From the NCBI GenBank assembly GCA_049519595.1, contig JBEKQP010000001.1, positions 3,399 through 67,398 on the forward strand: a stretch of DNA of 64,000 nt, in the 5' to 3' direction. Both the position numbers and the translations under genes were made by a program. Positions 1 through 7,519 of the stretch are shown here, piece by piece; within the stretch, counting starts at the first letter, position 1, and each line of letters begins with the position of its first letter. The stretch is from Candidatus Korobacteraceae bacterium (GTDB taxonomy: Bacteria; Acidobacteriota; Terriglobia; Terriglobales; Acidobacteriaceae). The notes under the pieces were generated by a model. That model was given only the letters and a program-made list of their open reading frames with translations. It was not told where the DNA came from and did not search any database.

Positions 1-60
1 CATCGCAATGTGACCTAATGATGCCATCCCTATGGATTTCAAGGCATTAGACAAAGGCGT

Positions 61-75
61 TGTGACGATGTCACA
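61..75. promoter_or_regulatory. perfect 15-bp palindrome TGTGAC-GAT-GTCACA upstream of the FNR-like regulator gene (candidate operator)
   Basis: Read directly as tgtgacgatgtcaca. Extra TGTGA half-sites lie at 9..13 and 82..86. The TGA/TCA spacing is 5 rather than the canonical 6 of CRP/FNR boxes, so the assignment is tentative. Confidence 0.3.
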
Positions 76-321
76 CCGGAATGTGATGGATGTACTTGTT
101 CTTGGTACATGGATACGCGACTTTAACGATAAGGCGAGTTAGATCGTGGGCGGTTGATCTGTGTCCTGCCATGGCACGCTCAAACGAGTGCGGTCGGACC
201 CGTCGCAAACAGCCGGTCAACCTCGCGCGAAGTCCATCGCGGGGTCGCCCGCAAAGTTGCGGGAGCGATTTGCCGTTCATCCGGGCACGAAACATTCCCG
301 GATGGGGACTACAGGGGGTGC

Positions 322-1044
322 GTGGTGCTTTCACCGTACGGTTTAGACATCATCGAAAGCTGCCTGAGCTGCAAGATGAAGACGGATCGCTTATTCTGCG
401 ATCTGCCTGCATCGGCGCTCCAATCATTCGAAGCCATTAAATATGCTACCGCTTATCCGAAGGGTGCCGTGCTGTTTGTCGAAGGACAGGCTCCGCGCGG
501 TATTTTTGTTCTTTGTAAGGGACGCGTAAAGTTGTCCATTTGCTCAACCGACGGCAAGACGCTCATTCTCAAGATCGCCGAATCAGGCGAAGTGCTGGGT
601 CTGAGCGCCACAATCTCCGGAAAACCTTATGAGCTAACGGCGGAAACCGTCGATCCTTGCCAGATCAATTTCGTCAAGCGCGAAGATTTCTTGCGCTTCC
701 TGCGCGAACACAGTGAAGCCTGCCTGCGTGTCGCGGAACAATTGAGCGAGAAGTACAACACTGCCTGCCGCGAGATTCGCTCGCTCGGTTTGTCGCACTC
801 GGCTGCCGAAAAGTTGGCCCGGCTGTTGCTGGACTGGAGTGCTCGCAACGGCGAGGCTAACAAGCAGGAGCCGCGCGTGAAATTGGCGCTCACCCACGAA
901 GAAATCGCGCAGATGATCGGCACTTCGCGCGAGACCGTGACGCGCCTCTTTGCCGAATTGAAGAAGCGGCAGATCGTGCAGGCCAAAGGTTCAACGCTGG
1001 TGATCCGCAACAAGGCGGCGTTGAAATCCCTGGCTACGGTCTGA
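322..1044 (+). CDS. Crp/Fnr-family transcriptional regulator, FNR-like (N-terminal Cys cluster, cNMP-type effector fold, C-terminal HTH)
   Basis: ORF 154..1044. Effector domain (GQAPRGIFVLCKGRVKLS, GEVLGL) and C-terminal HTH (LTHEEIAQMIGTSRETVTRLFAELKK). Start placed at GTG 322/325 because the motif SCLSC-x7-C, upstream of ATG 376, is conserved in the paralogue at 1255. The exact start is uncertain. Confidence 0.85.
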   Translation: MVLSPYGLDIIESCLSCKMKTDRLFCDLPASALQSFEAIKYATAYPKGAVLFVEGQAPRGIFVLCKGRVKLSICSTDGKTLILKIAESGEVLGLSATISGKPYELTAETVDPCQINFVKREDFLRFLREHSEACLRVAEQLSEKYNTACREIRSLGLSHSAAEKLARLLLDWSARNGEANKQEPRVKLALTHEEIAQMIGTSRETVTRLFAELKKRQIVQAKGSTLVIRNKAALKSLATV

Positions 1045-1094
1045 GCCGTCTGGCGGAGCATTCACCGGGAGAGGTTCCGGCATTTTCCTAATTA

Positions 1095-1122
1095 GCCCCG
1101 CAAATCTGCGGGGCATTTTTTT
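1095..1122 (+). terminator. rho-independent terminator after the first FNR-like gene
   Basis: gccccgca-aatc-tgcggggc forms an 8-bp GC-rich stem, followed by a T7 run. Confidence 0.75.
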
Positions 1123-1204
1123 CTGAGGCAACCCATGCCGGCGGAGAAATGTCACGCCTTCCCCGCTATTTATGCGGGGTTTGTAACCGGGGTCACGGTA
1201 ACGG

Positions 1205-1218
1205 GTGATAGTTATCAC
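1205..1218. promoter_or_regulatory. CRP/FNR-type palindrome GTGATA-GT-TATCAC (TGA-N6-TCA core)
   Basis: Read directly. Sits about 40 bp upstream of ATG 1255 of the second FNR-like gene. Confidence 0.4.
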
Positions 1219-1254
1219 TGCGGGTCGAGTCTGACTCTTATAAACCAGAATGTC

Positions 1255-1749
1255 ATGGAGAGCGCCACTCAACCGAGCTGTTATTACTGTGAGTTCCGGC
1301 CCGACCGGCTCTTCTGCGACATGCCGGTCGACGCGTTGCAATTGCTGGATACGGTTAAGTCGCTGGCCATTCACCCGAAGGGCTCCGTATTATTTGCCGA
1401 AGGCCGGCCCGCGAGAGGGATCTTCGTCCTCTGTGACGGACGTGCCAAGCTCTCCATCTGCTCGGAGACAGGCAAGCGTCTTATGCTGCGCATCGCCGGG
1501 CCCGGTGAGGTTCTCGGCCTCGGCGCCGCAATGTCCGGAACGCCTTATGAAATTTCGGCCGAATTGCTGGATACGTCGCAAGTGATGTTCATCCGCCGCA
1601 AAGACCTGTTGAAGTTCCTGCGCGATCACAGCGATCTTTGCATCCGGGTGGTGCAAATGCTAAGCCAGGATTTGCATGCGGCTTACGAGCGCGTGCGCTC
1701 GATTGGCCTTGCCAGAACGCGGCGGCCGCGCGCAGCGCAGGCGGATTAG
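1255..1749 (+). CDS. FNR-like paralogue with effector domain only; the HTH domain is missing (truncated gene, possible pseudogene)
   Basis: Within ORF 1135..1749, ATG 1255 gives MESATQPSCYYCEFRPDRLFCDMP..., colinear with gene 1 up to ...RVRSIGL. It then diverges and stops after 164 aa. A REP hairpin starts 28 nt after the stop. Confidence 0.6.
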   Translation: MESATQPSCYYCEFRPDRLFCDMPVDALQLLDTVKSLAIHPKGSVLFAEGRPARGIFVLCDGRAKLSICSETGKRLMLRIAGPGEVLGLGAAMSGTPYEISAELLDTSQVMFIRRKDLLKFLRDHSDLCIRVVQMLSQDLHAAYERVRSIGLARTRRPRAAQAD

Positions 1750-1776
1750 ACCAGTTTCGTCCCAAGGTATTGATAA

Positions 1777-1820
1777 GGTGCCCCACGTTCCGCCCCGTTT
1801 TTGGGCTAATGTCGGGTACT
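1777..1820. repeat. REP-A hairpin element (degenerate copy)
   Basis: ggtgccccacgtt...aatgtcgggtac belongs to the same family as more than 20 other copies in this window. Confidence 0.6.
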
Positions 1821-1958
1821 TTTTGCCGCGAGTTTCGTCGCCACCCCCCGAAGCTGACGCACCTCTCGTTTTCCCCGCGACGCCCATTTCCGCCCGTACA
1901 CCCTCCGTGTGATCCCGGATACAGGAGGCTATGCGTTTCCCAAGGCAAACATTTTCAA

Positions 1959-1974
1959 AGTGATTAAGGTCACA
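1959..1974. promoter_or_regulatory. CRP/FNR-type box AGTGA-TTAAGG-TCACA upstream of the first cytochrome gene
   Basis: 9/10 match to TGTGA-N6-TCACA, about 90 bp upstream of GTG 2055. A second weaker box, TGTGC-TTATTC-TCACT, lies at 1981..1996 (22 bp centre to centre). Confidence 0.4.
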
Positions 1975-2054
1975 CCCGCATGTGCTTATTCTCACTGCGA
2001 GTGCGGGCATGTGAATGCGAAAAACAGAGAGTCCCTATTTGTAGTTGAGGTCCC

Positions 2055-4058
2055 GTGAATCGCCACGCCAAACTCTTACTGATATTCGTACTGCTGACCG
2101 GGTTAGCCGAAGCCAAGCAACCGCTGAAAGCGCAGAAGTTCACCAATGCGGATTGCCTCGCCTGCCATGCCGACGCATCGTTGACCAAAGACGAGAACGG
2201 CAAACAAGTGAGCCTGCAAGTGAAGGAGGAGCAATTCAAGAACTCCATTCACGGCAGCATGTTCAGTTGCACGGATTGCCACAAGGATGTCACTTCCGTT
2301 CCGCATGAATCCACGCCCGCCAAATTATCGTGCGCGCAGTGCCATGCCGACGAGCAGAAGGCGTACGATAACGGGCTGCATGCCAAGGCGCGTGCGGCCG
2401 GTGACCAGCAAGCCGCGCGTTGCGTTGACTGCCATGGCGATCTCCATGAGATTCTTCCCGCAAGCGATCCAGCCTCCAAGGTCAGCCACAAAAACATCGC
2501 GGCCACCTGTGGCAGTTGCCATGGCCGGCAATCGGTGATGCAGCAGGCGGGAGAGACCACGCGGCCTTTCAACTCCTACCAGGACAGCGTTCACGCCAAG
2601 CTGGTGGCTGCCGGCAACGAGAAGGCAGCGGTTTGCAGCGACTGCCACGGCACCCATGACATGCGCCGCGTTTCCGATCCGCAGTCGCCCGTTTACAAGA
2701 CCAACGTGCCCGCCACCTGCGCCAAGTGTCACGCGGCCCAGAGCGCGGAGTTCATGACGAGCATTCATGGGCAGGCGATCAGCAAGGGCAATTTACATGC
2801 GCCGGTCTGTACCGATTGTCACAGCTCGCACATGATCAAGGACGCCAAGGACCCGAGTTCGACCGTTTCGTCGGAAAATCTGGCAACCAACACCTGCGCG
2901 CAGTGTCACGAGAACGTGAAGATGTCGCAGGACTTCGGAATCGTAGGCGGTCGTGAGAGCAGCTACCTGGCCAGCTACCATGGATTAGCCACAGCCCGCG
3001 GATCGAAGGTTGCGGCCAACTGCGCCAGTTGTCACGGCGTGCACAACATCCTGCCTTCGATCGATCCCAACTCGACCATCAACCCGGCGCATATCGTGCA
3101 GACCTGCGGCAAGTGCCATCCTGGCGCGAACGCTAATTTCGCGGCCAGCAAGATGCACCTGGATGCGCACGCCGCCGATATCGGCAGCAAGGCCGTAGCT
3201 CTCATCCGCCGCTTCTACCTGTTGATGATCATGGCCACCATCGGCGGCATGCTTTTGCATAACGTTCTACTCATGCGGCGCAAGCTGGCCGACATTCGCA
3301 ATGGGCACGCGCACATCGCGGGTGGTCCCAGAATCGTGCTGCGCATGACCTTCAACCAGCGCATGCAACACATGACTTTGTTCGTCAGCTTCTTCGTATT
3401 GGTGGCTACGGGCTTTGCGCTGAAGTACCCTGAATCGTGGCTTGGAATGCTATTCCTGGGCGAGACCGTTCGCGGCGTGCTGCACCGGATCGCGGGCGTG
3501 GTCCTGATCATGGTTGGCATCTATCACGCCTGGTACGTCTCGGCGACAAGGGAAGGCCGCAAACTGGTCGTTGATTTCCTGCCCGAGTGGAAGGATGTCA
3601 CCGATGTCAAGGACGTGTTGTTCTACTACCTGCGCCTGAGCGCAAACAAACCTCAGTTCAAGCGCTTCAACTACGCCGAGAAGATGGAGTATTGGGCACT
3701 GGTGTGGGGAACGATTGTCATGGCTTTGACCGGCGTCATGATCTGGGCCAAGGTGGAGTTTGGCAATCACCTGCCGCGATGGGTCATCGATGCGGCCACG
3801 GCTATTCACTTCTATGAAGCCATCCTCGCCTCGTTGGCAATTCTGGTGTGGCACTTCTACATGATCATCTTCGATCCGGAGGTCTACCCCATGAATTGGG
3901 CGTGGTACGACGGCAAGGTGACCTACGAGCTCTATGAATCAGAGCATGCGCTCGATGTGGAAACGCTGAATCAGGCTGTGGAGGCCGATACCCGCGCCGA
4001 AGGCCAACCGGAAGGGCCCGTCGAGGAGGCCGAAGAAAATCTTCCGGATCGTAAATGA
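2055..4058 (+). CDS. multihaem cytochrome c (11 CXXCH) fused to a C-terminal FdnI/HydC-type dihaem cytochrome b membrane domain (CbcL-like quinol dehydrogenase)
   Basis: Signal peptide MNRHAKLLLIFVLLTGLAEA. Eleven CXXCH motifs: CLACH, CTDCH, CAQCH, CVDCH, CGSCH, CSDCH, CAKCH, CTDCH, CAQCH, CASCH, CGKCH. These are followed by about 5 TM helices with conserved His (QHMTLF, LHRIAG, YHAWY, IHFYEA, WHFY). Confidence 0.9.
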   Translation: MNRHAKLLLIFVLLTGLAEAKQPLKAQKFTNADCLACHADASLTKDENGKQVSLQVKEEQFKNSIHGSMFSCTDCHKDVTSVPHESTPAKLSCAQCHADEQKAYDNGLHAKARAAGDQQAARCVDCHGDLHEILPASDPASKVSHKNIAATCGSCHGRQSVMQQAGETTRPFNSYQDSVHAKLVAAGNEKAAVCSDCHGTHDMRRVSDPQSPVYKTNVPATCAKCHAAQSAEFMTSIHGQAISKGNLHAPVCTDCHSSHMIKDAKDPSSTVSSENLATNTCAQCHENVKMSQDFGIVGGRESSYLASYHGLATARGSKVAANCASCHGVHNILPSIDPNSTINPAHIVQTCGKCHPGANANFAASKMHLDAHAADIGSKAVALIRRFYLLMIMATIGGMLLHNVLLMRRKLADIRNGHAHIAGGPRIVLRMTFNQRMQHMTLFVSFFVLVATGFALKYPESWLGMLFLGETVRGVLHRIAGVVLIMVGIYHAWYVSATREGRKLVVDFLPEWKDVTDVKDVLFYYLRLSANKPQFKRFNYAEKMEYWALVWGTIVMALTGVMIWAKVEFGNHLPRWVIDAATAIHFYEAILASLAILVWHFYMIIFDPEVYPMNWAWYDGKVTYELYESEHALDVETLNQAVEADTRAEGQPEGPVEEAEENLPDRK

Positions 4059-4238
4059 TTTTGCCCGCTCCTAGAGAAAGCTCTGAGTTACTGGAAGAGC
4101 TCTGGTAAGATCCTGGAATGATGTGAGCTGATTCTCGTGGGGAGAATCACGTGGGGAATCAATAGTTGTGGATAGCACTAATGTTTTGATTTTGGATGGC
4201 ACTACAGCACGTATTCCTGGTTTTGCCGTAAGTTTTGG

Positions 4239-6338
4239 ATGGCATTCATGAAGAGCAAGTATCAGCATAGCCGCGCTTGTGGCTCAAGGATGGCGCGTGC
4301 AACGGAGTGGGCTTGCCGCTACCGCGCAGTGACGCGTGCGGTTGTCATGGCGGCAATTCTTCTGGCGCTCGGTGTGAGTCTGCCGGTTGGCCGCGCCCAG
4401 GCCGCCGAAGCCTCGGGCCAAAACGATCTCTGCTTCGGCTGCCACAGTGATAAGAGCATGAGCACCAAGCGGGCCGGCCGGACGGTCTCGCTTTTTGTGG
4501 ATGGGAAGAAGTTTTCCGCTTCGGTGCACGGCAGCCTGGCTTGCACCAACTGCCATGCCGATCTCGAAGGCGCCGATATTCCACACTCCACGCCCAAAAA
4601 GGTGCAGTGTGGCACCTGCCATGCAGAGCAGCAGGGACTGCTTGCCAAGTCGCTGCACGGCAAAGCCGCTGCGCGCGGCGATGCGCTGGCTCCACGCTGC
4701 GTCAGTTGCCACGGCAATCATGACATCCTGCCGGTAAAGGACAAGAATTCGGCTGTGGCGCCGATGAAGGTGCCATTCGTCTGCGGAAGCTGTCATCGCG
4801 AGGGCACGCCGGTTCAGACGCAACGTCACATTGATCAGCACAACATCATCGAGAATTACACCGAAAGCATCCACGGCGAAGGATTGCTGAAGAAGGGTTT
4901 GATCGTCGCGGCCAACTGTGCTTCGTGTCACACCGCGCACTCGATTCTGCCGCACACCGATCCCAACTCCTCCATCGCCCGGCGTAACATCGCGGCGACC
5001 TGTACCAAGTGCCATGCCGAGATCGAAGCGGTACACCGCAAGACCATCCGCGGCGAACTGTGGGAAAAGGAAGCGAACGTTCTGCCCGCCTGCGTGGACT
5101 GCCACCAACCGCACAAAGTGCGAAATATCTTCTACAGCCAGGGCATGGCCGATGCCGATTGCATGCGTTGCCACAACAACCAGGCTTTGAAGTCGGCGGA
5201 TGGCCGCTCCATGTTCGTCAAGGCGGCGGAGCTCTCCGGTTCGCGTCATGTCAAGGTCGCTTGCAGCCAGTGCCACTCGGAGGTAAACGCCTCGAAGGTT
5301 CGTCCCTGCGAGACCATTACCAAGCCGGTGGATTGCAGCAAATGTCACGAAGCCGTGGGGCAACAATACCAGCGGAGCACTCACGGGCAACTATTTGCGA
5401 AGCAGGACCGTAATGCTCCGACCTGTCGGGAGTGCCATGGCACGCACGGCATTCTTGGCAAGCAGGATTCGCAGTCGGCGACATTTCCGCCTAATGTTCC
5501 AAATCTTTGTGCACGGTGCCATCGCGAAGGCCAGCGCGCCGCCGTGCGCTACACCGGCACGCAGCATGACATCACCACGCACTACAGCGAAAGCATTCAC
5601 GGCAAGGGTCTGCTGAAGAGCGGCCTGACCGTGACTGCCACTTGCTCCAGTTGCCACACCGCGCACGGCGAATTGCCGGCCAGCGATCCCGAGTCGACGG
5701 TCAATAGTAAGAATCTTCCGGCAACCTGCGGCAAGTGCCATCACGGCATCGAAGAGCAGTTTGTGCAGAGCGTTCACTCCGCGACGGTCACCAAGACCGA
5801 CAAGCCATTGCCGGTTTGCAGCGATTGCCATACCGCACACTCCATTCGTCGAGCCGATGAAGATGGGTTCAAGCTCGAAATCATGGACAGGTGCGGCAAG
5901 TGCCATGCCGAAATTGCCAAAACCTACTTCGATACCTATCACGGAAAGGTATCGCGGCTCGGCTACACCAAGACCGCCAAGTGTTACGACTGCCACGGCG
6001 CCCACGATATCCAGAAGGTGACGGACCCGAGGTCGCACCTGAGCCGTGCCAACGTAGTCGCCACTTGCCAGAAGTGCCACGTCGCCGCCACACGTCGCTT
6101 TGCCGGATATTTGACGCACGCAACGCATCACGACCCTAAAAAGTATCCCTTCTTGTTCTGGGTGTTCTGGGGCATGACGTCGCTGCTGGTTGGAACCTTT
6201 ATCGTCGGTGGCGTGCATACGCTGTTGTGGCTGCCACGTGCCTTCGAGATGCGCCGCGAGTTGCTCGCGGAGGAAGCTGCGCTCGAAGACAAGCCGGAAA
6301 GTCCCGCCGCGGAGGATAAGCAGAATGGTGACAAGTAG
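4239..6338 (+). CDS. multihaem cytochrome c, 19 CXXCH motifs, with a C-terminal membrane anchor
   Basis: 19 CXXCH counted, from CFGCH to CQKCH. Signal-like N-terminus (AVVMAAILLALGVSLPVGRAQA) and a single C-terminal TM (YPFLFWVFWGMTSLLVGTFIVGGV). Alternative starts are ATG 4248 and 4290. Confidence 0.9.
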   Translation: MAFMKSKYQHSRACGSRMARATEWACRYRAVTRAVVMAAILLALGVSLPVGRAQAAEASGQNDLCFGCHSDKSMSTKRAGRTVSLFVDGKKFSASVHGSLACTNCHADLEGADIPHSTPKKVQCGTCHAEQQGLLAKSLHGKAAARGDALAPRCVSCHGNHDILPVKDKNSAVAPMKVPFVCGSCHREGTPVQTQRHIDQHNIIENYTESIHGEGLLKKGLIVAANCASCHTAHSILPHTDPNSSIARRNIAATCTKCHAEIEAVHRKTIRGELWEKEANVLPACVDCHQPHKVRNIFYSQGMADADCMRCHNNQALKSADGRSMFVKAAELSGSRHVKVACSQCHSEVNASKVRPCETITKPVDCSKCHEAVGQQYQRSTHGQLFAKQDRNAPTCRECHGTHGILGKQDSQSATFPPNVPNLCARCHREGQRAAVRYTGTQHDITTHYSESIHGKGLLKSGLTVTATCSSCHTAHGELPASDPESTVNSKNLPATCGKCHHGIEEQFVQSVHSATVTKTDKPLPVCSDCHTAHSIRRADEDGFKLEIMDRCGKCHAEIAKTYFDTYHGKVSRLGYTKTAKCYDCHGAHDIQKVTDPRSHLSRANVVATCQKCHVAATRRFAGYLTHATHHDPKKYPFLFWVFWGMTSLLVGTFIVGGVHTLLWLPRAFEMRRELLAEEAALEDKPESPAAEDKQNGDK

Positions 6339-6339
6339 T

Positions 6340-7263
6340 ATGGACAAGCGCACAGAAGAACCGCCCGCGCCTGACAATTCGCGCAACAGCCCAACCGCGA
6401 ATGAACTCGCCACGTATATGAAACCCGCCGGTGCGGTGCGGCGTGAATTCGTCCGCTTCACCCGCCTGCAGCGCACGCTTCATGGGTGCATGGTCATCAG
6501 CTTCCTCAGCCTGGCCACGACCGGCTTGACGCTGAAGTTTTCTTACACCAGGTGGGCCTCTTTCGTGTCGCGACTGCTGGGCGGATTCCAAACCGCCGGT
6601 TATATCCACCGCTTCGCCGCGCTGGTGATGTTTGCCGCTTTCGTGACGCATCTCGTGGATCTCTGCAAGCTGAAAAAGAGGAAGTACGGCTCATGGCGAT
6701 CGTTGTTGTTCGGGCCAAATTCGATGATCCCGATGAAGCGCGATCTGGATGAGTTCATCGTCACCCTGAAGTGGTTCCTGCACCTTGGTCCGAAGCCGGA
6801 GTACGGGCGCTGGACATACTGGGAAAAATTCGACTATTTCGCCGTGTTCTGGGGGGTCTTCATCATCGGCTCCACCGGCCTGACTCTCTGGTTTCCGGTT
6901 TTCTTCACTCGCTTCCTGCCGGGAGCATTCATCAACGTAGCCACCATCATTCACAGCGACGAAGCGCTGCTTGCCACCGGATTCATATTCACCGTGCACT
7001 TCTTCAATACACATTTGCGGCCGGAGAAGTTCCCGATGGATACCACGGTTTTCACCGGGCGCATGGCGCTCGCGGAATTGAAACGGGACAAGCGCAAGGA
7101 ATACGACGCGCTGGTTGCGAGCGGCGAACTGGAGCAGCATCTGGCTGAGCCGCACCCGGAAATCGTCGTCAAAACCATCCGGGCCTTTGCCTGGGTTGCG
7201 CTCGCCATCGGTTTCAGCATCGTGGTGTGGATCGTGTATGCCATGCTGTTCGCCTATCGCTAG
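6340..7263 (+). CDS. FdnI/HydC-type cytochrome b membrane subunit
   Basis: In frame within ORF 6190..7263. ATG 6340 lies 1 nt after the stop of the 19-haem gene. TM helices with His ([38 protein letters not shown]) are colinear with the C-terminal domain of the 2055..4058 product. Confidence 0.85.
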   Translation: MDKRTEEPPAPDNSRNSPTANELATYMKPAGAVRREFVRFTRLQRTLHGCMVISFLSLATTGLTLKFSYTRWASFVSRLLGGFQTAGYIHRFAALVMFAAFVTHLVDLCKLKKRKYGSWRSLLFGPNSMIPMKRDLDEFIVTLKWFLHLGPKPEYGRWTYWEKFDYFAVFWGVFIIGSTGLTLWFPVFFTRFLPGAFINVATIIHSDEALLATGFIFTVHFFNTHLRPEKFPMDTTVFTGRMALAELKRDKRKEYDALVASGELEQHLAEPHPEIVVKTIRAFAWVALAIGFSIVVWIVYAMLFAYR

Positions 7264-7291
7264 CAGGTTGCTGAAAAACTGTTCTCTGAGG

Positions 7292-7390
7292 GTGCCATCC
7301 TGAGCGTAGTGAAGGATCTGCTGTTTGTGCGTGCTGAAAGCAAAGCATGCTGGGTGGTCCATTCAAGCTTCTTTTGCTTGAGTGGGGCGG
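7292..7390. repeat. composite intergenic repeat: REP-B box plus REP-A hairpin
   Basis: gtgccatcctgagcgtagtgaaggatctgctg (7292..7323) followed by ggtggtccattcaagcttcttttgcttgagtggggcgg (7353..7390). Confidence 0.8.
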
Positions 7391-7454
7391 TTTGCGGCTT
7401 GGCTGCTGCTCGGGCCTCCGGCTCGGAATGACATTTCCATTGAGATATTCAGCT

Positions 7455-7470
7455 TGTGACGCACTACACT
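7455..7470. promoter_or_regulatory. CRP/FNR-like box TGTGA-CGCACT-ACACT upstream of the ImcH-like gene
   Basis: The left half and the first spacer bases (TGTGACGC) are identical to the box at 17059. The right half has one mismatch. It lies about 55 bp upstream of ATG 7520. Confidence 0.3.
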
Positions 7471-7519
7471 AGGTAGTCTCGTTTTCCGATATGATTAAGG
7501 TCGTGGGAGACAACGTACG

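Noticed and set aside
4190-4243. Duplicated TTTTGGATGGCA(C/T)T motif upstream of the 19-haem gene, considered as a sigma-54 promoter (TGGCAC)
   Set aside because: The required GC element 10 bp downstream of the GG is missing (TGGCAC-TACAG-CACG). The second copy overlaps the ATG at 4239.
4284-6476. Two long minus-strand ORFs (4284..5390, 368 aa; 5391..6476, 361 aa) antisense to the 19-haem cytochrome gene
   Set aside because: These are typical high-GC shadow ORFs. Their translations are Arg/Ala/Gly-rich with no motifs, whereas the plus strand carries 19 regularly spaced CXXCH motifs.
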